A stretch of 64,000 nt of DNA, taken from contig JAJEHI010000062.1 of the NCBI GenBank assembly GCA_022823775.1, positions 1,851-65,850 of the forward strand, read 5' to 3'. The DNA is from Defluviicoccus sp. (lineage in GTDB: Bacteria; Pseudomonadota; Alphaproteobacteria; MPNO01). Shown in pieces: positions 27,311 through 37,953 of this stretch. The stretch's first letter is position 1, and each line of letters starts with the position of its first letter. The notes below the pieces were generated by a model. The model had not been told where the DNA came from. It saw only the letters and a list, made by a program, of their open reading frames with translations, and did not search any database. A program made the translations under genes and the position numbers.

Positions 27311-28537
27311 CTAGCCAACCACCCCCGCGTGACCGGCAACGACGCCTGAGTGTCGAAGCTGCAACACGTTCGCATCGGCCCTGTCCGAAGTGACGAACAC
27401 GGCCCATGCGTCCATCAGCGCGCGGCGCTTTTCAAGCAAGTCTGACCTGGCATAAGCCGCTTCGGCCTTGTCCTTGATGACGTGCGCCAGCGCGCTCTCC
27501 ATGACGGCGTGCGGCGTGTTCGTGCACTCCGACGCCCAGTCACGGAAGCTCGACCGGAAGCCGTGAACGGTCGCATCGATGTCCAGTTTCTGGAGCAGCG
27601 ACCAAAACGCAACGTTCGACATCACCCCACCGCCCCGAGCGCTCGGGAATACGAAGTCGGAGTCGTCCCGGCGGTATTTCGCCGCCTCGGCAAGCACCGC
27701 GAGCGTGGCATCGGCAAGCGGCACCCGGTGCTCCTTCTTCGCCTTCATCCGGCTGGCCGGAACCGTCCAAATCGCAGCGTCCAAGTCGATCTCGTTCCAC
27801 GTCGCGCCCCGCACCTCGTTCGATCGTGCAGCCGTCAACACGAGGAACTCGAATGCCAGCTTGGTAGAGGGAAGGGCCACGCTGCCACGGACCGCAGCTA
27901 CCGTCGCTCCGACCTCGGCGTAGGGGACCGCCTTGTGATGCGCCTTCGCTGTGCCGACCCTCGGGAGCGCCGCCGCAACCGCGTCAACAGGATTGCTTTC
28001 GCGGTAGCCGTTCGCCATCGCCCACTTCATCACCGCACCGATCCGCTGCTTCACCCGCTGCGCCGTTACGCGCTTGGTGTTCCAGATCGGCGTGAGCGCC
28101 GCCAGCACGTCGGCTGACGTGATCTTGTCCACCCGCTTCCTCATCAGCGCCCTTGCGTACTCGCTCAAGCTCGACCGCCATTGCGCCTCGGACTTCCCGT
28201 CGCGCCATGTCTCGCGCTGAATCTCTATCACCTTGTCGAGCGCCACCGCGAAGGTCGGCACACCACCTGACCGCGGGTCCTTCCCCTCGGCCACCGCCCG
28301 CCGGTTGACAAGCGCGACCTTCCGTGCCGCCGCCAACGTGACCACCGGGTAGCTGCCGAGCCCGAGATGAGTAAACTGCCCGCCGATCCGGAGGCGCTGA
28401 ATCCATGATCGCGAGATCCGCCCGTCTGCCATTTCATGCACGTTCAGGATAAGGCCGTGCCCGCCTCGCCCATCGCCATACCGGCCCGGCTTGTTGATCG
28501 TCTCCACGAACCGCGCCGTCAAAGGTCTCGACACCAT
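27311..28537 (-). CDS. Tyrosine-type site-specific integrase (P4-like, N-terminal DUF4102 arm-binding domain)
   Basis: N-terminus LTARFVETINKPGRYGDGRGGHGLIL is arm-binding-like. Catalytic residues are in ...VHGFRSSFRDWA...AYARSDLL (H-x-x-R ... Y). The ATG lies next to an AT-rich junction. Confidence 0.85.
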   Translation of the reverse strand: MVSRPLTARFVETINKPGRYGDGRGGHGLILNVHEMADGRISRSWIQRLRIGGQFTHLGLGSYPVVTLAAARKVALVNRRAVAEGKDPRSGGVPTFAVALDKVIEIQRETWRDGKSEAQWRSSLSEYARALMRKRVDKITSADVLAALTPIWNTKRVTAQRVKQRIGAVMKWAMANGYRESNPVDAVAAALPRVGTAKAHHKAVPYAEVGATVAAVRGSVALPSTKLAFEFLVLTAARSNEVRGATWNEIDLDAAIWTVPASRMKAKKEHRVPLADATLAVLAEAAKYRRDDSDFVFPSARGGGVMSNVAFWSLLQKLDIDATVHGFRSSFRDWASECTNTPHAVMESALAHVIKDKAEAAYARSDLLEKRRALMDAWAVFVTSDRADANVLQLRHSGVVAGHAGVVG

Positions 28538-28689
28538 GATTGTTACTTTGTTTGTTTCAAATTGTATGAGCTTAGTGGAAACTGGTGGATAGGTCCAGAG
28601 GTTTGTGGGAAACTTAAAACATTGAAAAAAAAAGGTATTATGGAAGTCTTTGAAAATTGTTGCAAGTCGCAGAAATGCGTGCCTGATAG

Positions 28690-29307
28690 ATGATCTATCC
28701 GATCAGTTGGGAGCATGCCGCGCCCTATTTCGGGGCGGCCTTCGTTCTCGCCTATCTGCTGGGGTCGATCCCGTTCGGGCTGATTCTGACCCGGCTCGCC
28801 GGGCTGGGCGACATCCGCGAGATCGGGTCGGGGAATATCGGCGCGACCAACGTGCTCCGGACCGGTTCGAAGCCGCTCGCGGCCGCGACCCTGCTGCTCG
28901 ACGGGGGCAAGGGCGCGGCGGCGGTCCTGATCGCGATGAGCTGGGGCCCGGACATCGCCATCGTGGCGGCGCTGGGCGCGCTGGTGGGACACCTGTTTCC
29001 GGTCTGGCTCCGCTTCCGGGGCGGAAAGGGCGTCGCGACCGGGCTCGGCATCCTGATCGGCCTGTCCTGGCCCGCCGGCGCGCTGGCTTGCGTCACCTGG
29101 CTGGCGGTGGCCGGGATCGCCCGTTACTCCTCGCTGTCGGCGCTGGTGTCCTTCGCGCTCGCGCCGGTCTGGCTGTGGCAGTTCGCCGATCCCCAGAAGA
29201 TGGAATTCTCCATCCTGATGGCCGCGCTGATCTGGCTGCGCCACGCGGGAAACGTCCGCCGCCTGCTGACCGGAACCGAGCCCCGCATCGGCGGCGGAAG
29301 CGAATGA
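28690..29307 (+). CDS. plsY: Glycerol-3-phosphate acyltransferase PlsY
   Basis: The 205-aa membrane protein has [14 protein letters not shown] and [14 protein letters not shown] motifs. Confidence 0.9.
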   Translation: MIYPISWEHAAPYFGAAFVLAYLLGSIPFGLILTRLAGLGDIREIGSGNIGATNVLRTGSKPLAAATLLLDGGKGAAAVLIAMSWGPDIAIVAALGALVGHLFPVWLRFRGGKGVATGLGILIGLSWPAGALACVTWLAVAGIARYSSLSALVSFALAPVWLWQFADPQKMEFSILMAALIWLRHAGNVRRLLTGTEPRIGGGSE

Positions 29308-30401
29308 CGGGGGATGCCGACCGGATCGCGCGGCTCCGGCTCGCGCGGAGCGAGGGCGTCGGACCCCGCACCTGGCTGCGCCTGATGGCGCATTTCCGGA
29401 CCGCCGCCGAGGCGCTGGAGGGATTGCCCGGGATGTCGGCCCGGGGCGGGCGGCGGCGGCCGCTCAAACCCTGCCCGGAACGGGACGCCGAGACCGAGCT
29501 CGCGGCGCTGGAAGCGCTGGGCGGGCGGATGGTGCTTCTGGGAGACGCGGACTATCCGGAGGCGCTGGCCGCGATCCCCGATCCGCCGCCCGCGCTCTCG
29601 GTGCTGGGCGACGCCGGGCGGCTGGCGGGGCCGGCGGTGGGTATGGTGGGGATGCGCAACGGCTCGGCGGCCGGGCGCAAGTTCGCGCGCAAGCTCGCCG
29701 CCGACCTCGGCGCCGCCGGCGCGGTCGTGGTCTCCGGCATGGCGCGGGGAATCGACACCGCGGCGCACGAGGGCTCGCTCGCGACGGGCTCGGTGGCGGT
29801 TCTCGCCGGGGGAGTCGACATGCCGTATCCGCGCGAGAACGAGGGGCTCTACCGCCGGCTTGTCGAGGAAGGCGCGGTCGTCTCCGACCGGCGGCTCGGC
29901 ACCGTGGCGACCGCGCGCCATTTCCCGCCGCGCAACAGGATCGTCTCCGGCCTTTCGCTGGGCGTGGCGGTGATCGAGGCCAATCTGCGCTCAGGCTCGC
30001 TGATCACCGCCCGCCTCGCCAACGAACAGGGGCGCATCGTCTTCGCGGTCCCCGGCTCGCCGCTCGACCCGCGCGCCGCCGGACCCAACGATCTGCTGCG
30101 CCAGGGGGCGGTGCTGACCGAGAACGCGGACGACGTGCTGGCGGCGATCGAGGGCATGGCGCGGCCGGCGGGTCCGCGGCCGGCAATCGCCCCCGAACCC
30201 GATACTCCGTCCTCCGACGAGGTGGACGACAGCACCCGGGGGATCGTGGTCTCCCGTCTCGGCCACGCCCCGCTCACGGTTGACGAACTGGTTCGCGAAT
30301 GCCAATTGTCTGCCGCTTCGGTGCAGACGGTCCTGCTGGAATTGGAGTTGGCGGGCCGCGTCTCGCGCCAGCCGGGGAACCGCGTTTCCCTGATAACGTG
30401 A
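29304..30401 (+). CDS. dprA: DNA-processing protein DprA (Smf)
   Basis: The ATG overlaps the plsY stop (ATGA) and sits in frame inside track ORF 28650..30401. A Rossmann-like DprA core ([15 protein letters not shown]...FAVPGSPLD) is present. Confidence 0.85.
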   Translation: MTGDADRIARLRLARSEGVGPRTWLRLMAHFRTAAEALEGLPGMSARGGRRRPLKPCPERDAETELAALEALGGRMVLLGDADYPEALAAIPDPPPALSVLGDAGRLAGPAVGMVGMRNGSAAGRKFARKLAADLGAAGAVVVSGMARGIDTAAHEGSLATGSVAVLAGGVDMPYPRENEGLYRRLVEEGAVVSDRRLGTVATARHFPPRNRIVSGLSLGVAVIEANLRSGSLITARLANEQGRIVFAVPGSPLDPRAAGPNDLLRQGAVLTENADDVLAAIEGMARPAGPRPAIAPEPDTPSSDEVDDSTRGIVVSRLGHAPLTVDELVRECQLSAASVQTVLLELELAGRVSRQPGNRVSLIT

Positions 30402-30423
30402 AGTAAACGCGAGCCTTTTCCGC

Positions 30424-32988
30424 ATGGATGTCGTCGTCGTCGAGTCGCCGACCAAGGCCAAGACAATCGGCAAGTATGTCGGCGGACGTTACGCCGTCGT
30501 CGCGAGCAACGGGCATGTCCGGGATCTGCCGGAAAAGGACGGCTCGGTTCTGCCGGACGACGGTTTCGCGATGCGCTGGCAGGTCATGGCCCGGTCGCAG
30601 AAGAACCTCTCCTCCATCGTCAAGGCGGTCAAAGGCGCGAAAAATCTCTATCTCGCGACGGACCCCGACCGGGAAGGCGAGGCGATCTCCTGGCACGTAT
30701 ACGCGGTGCTGGCCGAACGGGCCGCGCTCGAGGGCGTCGACGTCAAGCGGGTGGTGTTTCACGAGGTCACCGAGACTGCCGTCAACGAGGCGCTGCGCAA
30801 CCCGCGCGATCTCGACCAGGGGCTGATCGACGCCTATCTCGCGCGCCGCGCGCTCGACTATCTGGTCGGCTTTACGCTGTCGCCGGTGCTCTGGCGCAAG
30901 CTGACGGGGGCGCGGTCGGCCGGCCGGGTGCAGTCGGTCGCGCTCCGCCTGATCTGCGAACGGGAAGCCGAGATCGAGGTCTTCAAGCCGCGCGAATACT
31001 GGTCGGTCGAAGCGGAATTCCTGACCGCCGGGAAGGCGCGGGCGGTGGCGCGGCTGACTCATCTTAACGGCGACAAGCTCGGCCGGTACGACATCGCCGA
31101 CGAGCAGGCGGCGCGGGCGGCGGTGAGCGAGATCGAGCGTCACGCCTACGGCGTCGCGGAGATCGAGAAGAAACGGGTCCGGCGAAACCCGCAACCGCCG
31201 TTCACCACCTCGACATTGCAGCAGGAAGCCTCGCGCAAGCTCGGCTTCGGCGCGGCGAGGACCATGAGCATCGCGCAACGCCTGTACGAGGGGATCGACA
31301 TCGGCGGCGAGACCGTCGGCCTGATCACCTATATGCGCACCGACAGCATCGCCCTCGCCGACGAGGCGCGCCAGGCGATGCGCCGGCTGATCGAGGCGGA
31401 TTACGGATCCTCGTACCTGCCGGAGCGTCCCCACCGTTTCAGGTCGCGGGCCCGCAACGCGCAGGAGGCGCACGAGGCGATCCGGCCGACCGACGTCACC
31501 CGCCACCCGTCCTCGGTCGCGCGCGCGCTCGGCCGCGACGAGAGCCGGCTCTACGAGCTGATCTGGAAGCGGGCGGTGGCGAGCCAGATGGACAGCGCGG
31601 TGCTGGAGCAGGTCGCGGTCGACATCGCCTCGGCGGACCGTTCGACGGCGTTCCGGGCGACCGGCTCGGTGGTGCTGTTCGACGGTTTCCTGCGGCTCTA
31701 CGAGGAAGGCCAGGACGACAAGTCGGCGAACGGGGAAGACCGCATCCTGCCGCCCCTTTCCGAGGGCGAAGCGCTGGAGCGTACCGGGACCCGCCCCGAG
31801 CAGCATTTCACCAAGCCACCGCCGCGCTATACCGAGGCGAGCCTCGTCCGCAAGCTCGAGGAGCTCGGCATCGGCCGGCCCTCGACCTACGCCAAGATCC
31901 TGAGCGTCCTGCAGGAGCGTGACTATGTGCGGCTGGAGAGCCGGCGGTTCGTCCCCGAGGACCGCGGACGCATCGTCACCGCGTTCCTGTCGGGCTTCTT
32001 CGACCGCTACGTCCAGTACAACTTCACCGCCGAGCTGGAGGACGAGCTCGACGGCATCGCCAGGGGCGAGCTCGACTGGCGCGCGGTGCTGGAGCAGTTC
32101 TGGCGGGGCTTTTCCGCCGCGGTGGGAGAGACGAGGGACCTGACGATCAGCAACGTCATCGACGCCCTCGACGAAGACCTCGGCGCCCATTTCTTCCCGG
32201 CCGACGGCGGGAACGGAAGCAACCCAAGGCAATGCCCCGCCTGCGCCGGCGGACGGCTCGGACTGAAGCTCGGCCGCAACGGCGGGTTCATCGGCTGTTC
32301 CAATTACCCCGACTGCGCCTTCACGCGGCCGCTCACCGTCGACCCGAAGGACGGCGAGGTGCCGGCCGGCCCGAGGGAGATCGGCGAGGACCCGGAAACC
32401 GGCGAGCCCGTGACGCTGCGCAAAGGGCCTTACGGCTTCTACGTGCAGGCCGGCGAAGCCAAGGGAAAGCAGAAACCCAAGCGCGTCTCCCTGCTCAAGT
32501 CGATGGATCCGGACGAGGTCACCCTCGACCAGGCGCTGGCCCTTCTGTCGCTGCCGCGCGATGTCGGCATTCATCCGGGAACCGGCAAGACCATCGCCGC
32601 GGGCCTCGGCCGGTACGGCCCCTATCTGCGCCACGACGGCAGCTACACCTCCCTCGGTCCGGACGAGGACCTGCTGACGATCGGCCTCAACCGGGCGGTG
32701 ACGCTGATCGAAGAAGCGCCGAAGCGGGGCCGGGCGAAGGCGCTGCGATCCCTCGGCAACCATCCGGAAGACGGCAAGCCGATCGAGATCCTCTCCGGCC
32801 GCTACGGCCCCTATGTCAAGCACGGGCGGATCAACGCCTCGCTGCCCAAGGGCGCGGACGTGGACACGCTGACCGTCGAGAGCGCGGTCGAGCTCCTCGC
32901 CGCGCGCGCGAAGAAGGGCGGCAAGTCCCGCGCAAAAGCGGCGCGCGGCAGGAAGAAGAAGCCCGGCGCCGGAACGGCAGAAGCATGA
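30424..32988 (+). CDS. topA: DNA topoisomerase I
   Basis: The 854-aa protein starts MDVVVVESPTKAKTIGKYVG with a TOPRIM domain. A catalytic-Tyr region and C-terminal zinc-ribbon repeats (CPACAGG, GCSNYPDC) follow. Confidence 0.95.
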   Translation: MDVVVVESPTKAKTIGKYVGGRYAVVASNGHVRDLPEKDGSVLPDDGFAMRWQVMARSQKNLSSIVKAVKGAKNLYLATDPDREGEAISWHVYAVLAERAALEGVDVKRVVFHEVTETAVNEALRNPRDLDQGLIDAYLARRALDYLVGFTLSPVLWRKLTGARSAGRVQSVALRLICEREAEIEVFKPREYWSVEAEFLTAGKARAVARLTHLNGDKLGRYDIADEQAARAAVSEIERHAYGVAEIEKKRVRRNPQPPFTTSTLQQEASRKLGFGAARTMSIAQRLYEGIDIGGETVGLITYMRTDSIALADEARQAMRRLIEADYGSSYLPERPHRFRSRARNAQEAHEAIRPTDVTRHPSSVARALGRDESRLYELIWKRAVASQMDSAVLEQVAVDIASADRSTAFRATGSVVLFDGFLRLYEEGQDDKSANGEDRILPPLSEGEALERTGTRPEQHFTKPPPRYTEASLVRKLEELGIGRPSTYAKILSVLQERDYVRLESRRFVPEDRGRIVTAFLSGFFDRYVQYNFTAELEDELDGIARGELDWRAVLEQFWRGFSAAVGETRDLTISNVIDALDEDLGAHFFPADGGNGSNPRQCPACAGGRLGLKLGRNGGFIGCSNYPDCAFTRPLTVDPKDGEVPAGPREIGEDPETGEPVTLRKGPYGFYVQAGEAKGKQKPKRVSLLKSMDPDEVTLDQALALLSLPRDVGIHPGTGKTIAAGLGRYGPYLRHDGSYTSLGPDEDLLTIGLNRAVTLIEEAPKRGRAKALRSLGNHPEDGKPIEILSGRYGPYVKHGRINASLPKGADVDTLTVESAVELLAARAKKGGKSRAKAARGRKKKPGAGTAEA

Positions 32989-33004
32989 ACGGCCGGCCGC
33001 GGCC

Positions 33005-34966
33005 TTGAGACGCAGGAAACGCACCACCAAGACACCCGGGCGGCACAATGGAGGCGTGCCCCCGGTCGCCGTTCTCGAAGTGCTGGACGTGGACGAGGAC
33101 GGCGTCGCCATGGCGCGGCCCTCTCCCGCGACCGACGACGAGACCCGGCCGCGCATCCGGGTTCTGCCCGACAACCGCGCGGGTCCGGCAATCGCTGCGG
33201 GCGACCGGATTCTCGCGCGAATCGAGAAAGTGGGACCCGACGCCTACGAGGCGCGCGCGATGCGCCGCCTTCCGCGCGAAACGAACAGGACCGTTGTGGG
33301 GATCTACCGGCGGGTCGGCGGCCGCGGCCGGCTGGACCCGACCGACCGGCGGATCAGAACCGCCTACGCGATCGACAACCGCGACTCGATGGGCGCGAGG
33401 CCGGGCGAGATCGTGCGCGCCGAAGCCCGCCCGGGACGCCGGCCCGGCCTGCCCCGGGCACGCGTGACCGAGAGGCTCGGGCGCGGCTCTCCGGTGGCGA
33501 CCGCGAGCCTGATCGCGATCGCCGAGCACGATATCCCCGACCGCTTCCCCGACGAAGCGCTCGCGGAAGCGGAAGCCGCGGCCGCGGCGCCGCCCGGAGA
33601 ACGCGAGGATTTGCGCGACATCCCGCTGGTGACCGTCGACGACGAGAGCGCGCGGGACTTCGACGACGCGGTGTGGGCCGAGGCCGACCCGGACGGCGGC
33701 TTTCGCCTGATCGTCGCGATCGCCGACGTCGCCTGGTATGTCCGCCCCGGTTCCGCCCTCGACGACGAGGCGCGCGAGCGCGGAAACTCGGTCTACTTTC
33801 CCGACCGGGTCGTCCCGATGCTGCCGGAGGCCCTTTCCAACGGCTGGTGCTCGCTCAAACCCGGCGAGGACCGTCCATGCCTCGCCGTGCACCTGCGGAT
33901 CGATCCGGAGGGGCGCAAGCGCGGGCACCGTTTCGTCCGCGGGCTGATGCGCTCGGCCGCGCGGCTGACCTATGGCGGAGTCCAGGCGGCGATCGACGGC
34001 AAGCGCGCCCCGGGAGGGAGCGAGGCCCCCATCGAAGCGCTTCACCGCGCGTTCCTGGCCCTGAACGAGGCGCGGCGCGCGCGGGGGACGCTCGACCTCG
34101 AAATTCCCGAGCGCCGGGTCAGCCTGGCGGACGACGGCTCGATCGCGCGCATCGAGCGCCACCGGACGCTCGACGCCCATCGCCTGATCGAGGAGTTCAT
34201 GATCGCCGCCAACGTCGCCGCGGCCGAGACCCTGGAAGAGAAGCGCGCGCCCTGCGTCTACCGGGTTCACGACAGCCCCGACCCGAAAAAGATCGAGGCC
34301 CAGCACGAGATTCTGGAAAGTTTCGGGCTGAGTCTTCCTCGGGGCGGCGCGTTGCGCGTCGGCCATTTCTCGCGGCTGCTCGACCGGGTCGCCGGCACGC
34401 CCGAGGCCGAACAGGTGGGGGAGGCGATCCTCAGAACGCAGGCGCAGGCCGTCTACGACATCGCCAATATCGGCCATTTCGGACTGGCTCTCCGTCGATA
34501 CGCCCACTTCACCTCGCCGATCCGCCGATACGCGGACCTTGTGGTGCATCGCTCCCTGATCGCCGCGTGCGGTCTCGGCGAGGGCGGGTCCGACGGCGGC
34601 GGACGGGAGCGCGCCGAAGCGACGGCCGCACACGTATCCAGCACGGAACGGCGCGCCGCCGCCGCCGAACGCGACGCGATGGACCGGCTGTGCGCGATCT
34701 TCCTGGCCGACCGGGTGGGCGGGGAATTCGCGGCGACAATCGCCGGGATCACCCGCGCCGGCCTGTTCGTCAGGCTGGAAGAAACCGGCGCCAGCGCGCT
34801 GGTGCCGATGTCCGGCATCCGGGCCGAACCGCTCCGCGTGGATGCGCGCGGCATTCGACTGACCGACCGCCGCGGTCGGTCCGTCGCGCGGCTGGGCGAT
34901 GCGCTGCAGGTGAGGTTGGACGAGGTCAGTACGAGAACCGGTTCGCTCGTCTGCTCCATCGCTTGA
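33005..34966 (+). CDS. rnr: Ribonuclease R (RNB-family 3'-5' exoribonuclease)
   Basis: The RNB catalytic region (VTVDDESARDFDDAVWAE) and a C-terminal S1 domain are present. The N-terminus is short and lacks an HTH, so the start is uncertain. Confidence 0.8.
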   Translation: MRRRKRTTKTPGRHNGGVPPVAVLEVLDVDEDGVAMARPSPATDDETRPRIRVLPDNRAGPAIAAGDRILARIEKVGPDAYEARAMRRLPRETNRTVVGIYRRVGGRGRLDPTDRRIRTAYAIDNRDSMGARPGEIVRAEARPGRRPGLPRARVTERLGRGSPVATASLIAIAEHDIPDRFPDEALAEAEAAAAAPPGEREDLRDIPLVTVDDESARDFDDAVWAEADPDGGFRLIVAIADVAWYVRPGSALDDEARERGNSVYFPDRVVPMLPEALSNGWCSLKPGEDRPCLAVHLRIDPEGRKRGHRFVRGLMRSAARLTYGGVQAAIDGKRAPGGSEAPIEALHRAFLALNEARRARGTLDLEIPERRVSLADDGSIARIERHRTLDAHRLIEEFMIAANVAAAETLEEKRAPCVYRVHDSPDPKKIEAQHEILESFGLSLPRGGALRVGHFSRLLDRVAGTPEAEQVGEAILRTQAQAVYDIANIGHFGLALRRYAHFTSPIRRYADLVVHRSLIAACGLGEGGSDGGGRERAEATAAHVSSTERRAAAAERDAMDRLCAIFLADRVGGEFAATIAGITRAGLFVRLEETGASALVPMSGIRAEPLRVDARGIRLTDRRGRSVARLGDALQVRLDEVSTRTGSLVCSIA

Positions 34967-35102
34967 GTCGGGAGGCGGGGTATCGGTTGGAGCCCGCGAC
35001 ACACAGGTCGTTCGCTTTACCCGTCCGGACAGCTATGCAAGAACCCGCCATGTCGGCGCGGAATTGCGGTGACGATAGGCGATTGCCGATAGGGCTCGAC
35101 GC

Positions 35103-35900
35103 ATGACCGACGGGGAGCGCCCCCCTGTTTCCTGCTACATCCGTACCCTCAACGAAGAGGCGCGGATCGGCGCGACGGTCCGCGCCGCGCTGACCGTGGC
35201 GCGCGAGGTGATCGTCGTGGATTCCGGCTCCTCGGACGGGACGGTCGCAGCCGCCGAATCTGAAGGCGCGCGGGTGATCGAACAGGTCTGGCTCGGAGGC
35301 GGACACCAGAAACGCGTCGGAGAGGATGCCTGCCGCCACGACTGGCTGTTGGACCTGGACGCCGATGAGATCGTCAGCGACGAGCTGGCGCGCGAGATAC
35401 GGGGCCTGTTCGCGGACGAGGAACCCGACGCGGACGTGTACCGGCTGGCCCTTGTGAATGTGGACCCCGCCGGGCGGGTCTGGCGAAAGGCGCGCGCACC
35501 GAGGCGCGCGAAGCTCTACGACCGCCGCAGGATTCGCATGCCCGCCCATGGCGCATGGGATCAGTTCCGGATCCCCACCGGGCTGCGGGTGCGACGGCTC
35601 GACGGCCCGCTGTTGCACTACGCGTTCGACGACATCGCCCACCTCTCCCGCAAGCAGGGCAGCGCCATGGTCCGGCGGGTCCGGTTTCTCGACCGCGACA
35701 GGCCGTCATCCACCGCTCTCAGGGTCTATGCGGGCCTGCCATATTTCTTCTTTCGCAACTATGTGCTCCGCCGGCGGTGGAGAGAGGGCACGTACGGGTT
35801 CATGTTTTCCGTGACCACGGCCTACAACCATTGGCTCCGGTACGCGATGCTTCACGAGAGGCGTCTGAAGAATCGAGAACCCGGTCAGGGCGACGAGTGA
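35103..35900 (+). CDS. Glycosyltransferase family 2 protein
   Basis: A GT-A fold is indicated by YIRTLNEEARIG...VIVVDSGSSDGT and a DLDADE motif. Confidence 0.7.
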   Translation: MTDGERPPVSCYIRTLNEEARIGATVRAALTVAREVIVVDSGSSDGTVAAAESEGARVIEQVWLGGGHQKRVGEDACRHDWLLDLDADEIVSDELAREIRGLFADEEPDADVYRLALVNVDPAGRVWRKARAPRRAKLYDRRRIRMPAHGAWDQFRIPTGLRVRRLDGPLLHYAFDDIAHLSRKQGSAMVRRVRFLDRDRPSSTALRVYAGLPYFFFRNYVLRRRWREGTYGFMFSVTTAYNHWLRYAMLHERRLKNREPGQGDE

Positions 35901-35999
35901 ACGACCGGCGTCCCGTTCGCGAACCCGGCGCAGCCTTGACAGCACGGGTGGGTCCCCTATCTTCCGCCCCGCACCGAACGGGTTCCGGAGACCGGCGCG

Positions 36000-36167
36000 A
36001 TGGCGAAACCGACCACGACACTGATCAAGCTCGAGAGCACCGCGGACACCGGCTACTTCTACGTCGCCAAGAAGAACACGCGGACGACGACCGGCAAGCT
36101 CGAATTCCGGAAATACGACCCGGTGGCGCGCAAGCACGTCGTGTTCAAGGAAACGAAGATCAAGTAG
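36000..36167 (+). CDS. rpmG: 50S ribosomal protein L33
   Basis: [55 protein letters not shown] is 55 aa, below the ORF-track length cut-off. Confidence 0.9.
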   Translation: MAKPTTTLIKLESTADTGYFYVAKKNTRTTTGKLEFRKYDPVARKHVVFKETKIK

Positions 36168-37953
36168 ACGCGGAGCCGCCGCCGGGCGGCGCGACGACGC
36201 GGATCGACAGTTCGCGCAGCCGGTCTTCCGTCACCGGGGCGGGCGATCCCATCATCAGGTCCTGGGCCTGCTGGTTCATCGGAAACAGCGTGATCTCGCG
36301 GATGTTGGGCTCATCGGCGAGCAGCATCACGATACGGTCGATGCCGGGCGCGGATCCGCCATGCGGCGGCGCCCCGAACCGAAGCCCGTTCAGCATCCCG
36401 CCGAAGCGCGCCTCGACCTCTTCCCTGCCGTAACCCGCGATCTCGAAGGCCTTGTACATGATGTCGGGCCGGTGGTTCCGGATCGCGCCGCTCGACAGCT
36501 CCACCCCGTTGCACACGATGTCGTACTGCCAGGCGAGGATGGAGAGGGGGTCCTCGGTCTCCAGCGCCTCCAGGCCGCCCTGCGGCATCGAGAACGGGTT
36601 GTGAGAGAATTCGATCGCGCCGGTCCGCTCGTCGCGCTCGTACATGGGGAAATCGACGATCCAGCAGAACCGGAACCGGTCCCGCTCGATCAGGTCGAGC
36701 TCCTCTCCGATCCGGTCGCGGGCCCGGCCGGCGAAGCGGGCCGCCCGGTCCTCCTCGCCGCAGCTGAAGAAGACGGCGTCGCCGTCCCCGACCCCCGTCG
36801 CCTCGCGAAGCGCTTCCATGCGCGGCGCATCGAGAAACCTGGCGATGGGCCCCTTCGCCTCGCCGTCGTCGAAGACGATGTATCCGAGGCCCCCGGCCCC
36901 CTCGTCCCGCGCCCAGTCGTTGAGCCTGTCGAAGAAGCTGCGCGGCTGCGCGGCCGCCCCGGGAGCCGGGATCGCGCGCACCGCCGCGCCCGATTCGATC
37001 TGGCGGGCGAAGATCTTGAAGTCCGTGCCGCGCCAGATGTCCGTCGCCTCCGCGATCCGGAGCGGGTTGCGCAGATCGGGCTTGTCGCTGCCATAGGCGA
37101 GCATCGCCTCCGCGTAGGGGATACGCGGAAACGGCGCGGGCGAAACCGGGCGGCCTCCCGAGAACTCCTCGAACACGCCGAACAGCACCGGTTCCAGCGC
37201 GGCGAACACGTCCTCCTGGGTGACGAACGACATCTCGAAATCGAGCTGGTAGAACTCGCCCGGCGAGCGGTCTGCCCGCGCGTCCTCGTCGCGGAAGCAG
37301 GGCGCGATCTGGAAATAGCGGTCGAACCCGGCCGCCATGATGAGCTGCTTGAACTGCTGGGGCGCCTGCGGCAGGGCGTAGAAGCTGCCCGGGTGGAGCC
37401 GGCTCGGCACCAGGAAGTCCCGCGCGCCCTCGGGGCTCGCGGCGCTCAGGATCGGGGTCTGGAACTCGGTGAAGCCCCCTTCCATCATGCGTCGCCGGAT
37501 ACTCTGGACGACTGCCGACCGGAGCATGATGTTGCGGTGCATCTTGTCGCGCCGGAGGTCGAGAAACCGGTAGCGAAGGCGGATTTCCTCGCCGTAATCG
37601 CGGTCGCTGTTGACCTCCAGCGGCAGCGGATCGGCGCGGGACTGCACCTCGATACTCTCGATGACCAGCTCGACCTCGCCCGTCGGCAGGTCCGGGTTGA
37701 CGGTATCGGCGCTCCGCCGCACCACCCTGCCGGTCGCCGTGATCACCGCTTCCAGGCGGATCGCCTCGACCTCGGCGAAGATCGGGCTGCTCGAATCGAT
37801 CACGCACTGGGTCAGCCCGTAATGGTCGCGCAGATCGACGAACAGCAGGTTCCCGTGATCCCGCTTGCGGTGGACCCAGCCGGACAGGCGCGCCGGCTCG
37901 CCCTCGTGCTCGCGCCTCAGCTCACCGCATGTGTGGGTGCGATAGGCGTGCAT
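36160..37953 (-). CDS. aspS: Aspartate--tRNA ligase
   Basis: The 597-aa protein from [13 protein letters not shown] has class II aaRS motifs ([18 protein letters not shown]; [14 protein letters not shown]). Its stop overlaps the rpmG 3' end by 8 nt. Confidence 0.9.
   Translation of the reverse strand: MHAYRTHTCGELRREHEGEPARLSGWVHRKRDHGNLLFVDLRDHYGLTQCVIDSSSPIFAEVEAIRLEAVITATGRVVRRSADTVNPDLPTGEVELVIESIEVQSRADPLPLEVNSDRDYGEEIRLRYRFLDLRRDKMHRNIMLRSAVVQSIRRRMMEGGFTEFQTPILSAASPEGARDFLVPSRLHPGSFYALPQAPQQFKQLIMAAGFDRYFQIAPCFRDEDARADRSPGEFYQLDFEMSFVTQEDVFAALEPVLFGVFEEFSGGRPVSPAPFPRIPYAEAMLAYGSDKPDLRNPLRIAEATDIWRGTDFKIFARQIESGAAVRAIPAPGAAAQPRSFFDRLNDWARDEGAGGLGYIVFDDGEAKGPIARFLDAPRMEALREATGVGDGDAVFFSCGEEDRAARFAGRARDRIGEELDLIERDRFRFCWIVDFPMYERDERTGAIEFSHNPFSMPQGGLEALETEDPLSILAWQYDIVCNGVELSSGAIRNHRPDIMYKAFEIAGYGREEVEARFGGMLNGLRFGAPPHGGSAPGIDRIVMLLADEPNIREITLFPMNQQAQDLMMGSPAPVTEDRLRELSIRVVAPPGGGSAST

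Larger units (their letters stand above)
23481..28689. mobile_element. Integrated mobile genetic element remnant (int, alpA, hypothetical, AAA_25 ATPase, 492-aa protein, terminal tandem repeats); ends approximate
   Basis: The gene content is typical of small integrative elements. A 150-bp AT-rich tract (28538-28689) and the iteron-like repeats bracket the module. I found no flanking tRNA gene or clear att direct repeats. Confidence 0.5.

Noticed and set aside
21200-28700. tRNA or tmRNA gene as integration target of the P4-type integrase
   Set aside because: I scanned both flanks and all intergenic regions for T-loop/acceptor-like GGTTCGA(A/T)TCC signatures and cloverleaf potential and found none. 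The only GATTCGAATCC-like match, at about 44470, is inside purM coding sequence.
28650-30401. Single 583-aa ORF spanning plsY and dprA
   Set aside because: The 5' part is an out-of-frame read-through over plsY. Recognisable DprA sequence begins at the ATG at 29304, which overlaps the plsY stop.
30274-33174. 966-aa minus-strand ORF antisense to topA (and similar long antisense ORFs at 5182-7800, 678-1868, 36311-37807, 47596-49206, 52665-54335, 62118-63986)
   Set aside because: All lie exactly opposite well-supported genes. Their translations are Arg/Ala/Gly/Pro-rich with no domain features, the expected artefact of stop-codon-poor antisense frames in about 68% GC DNA.
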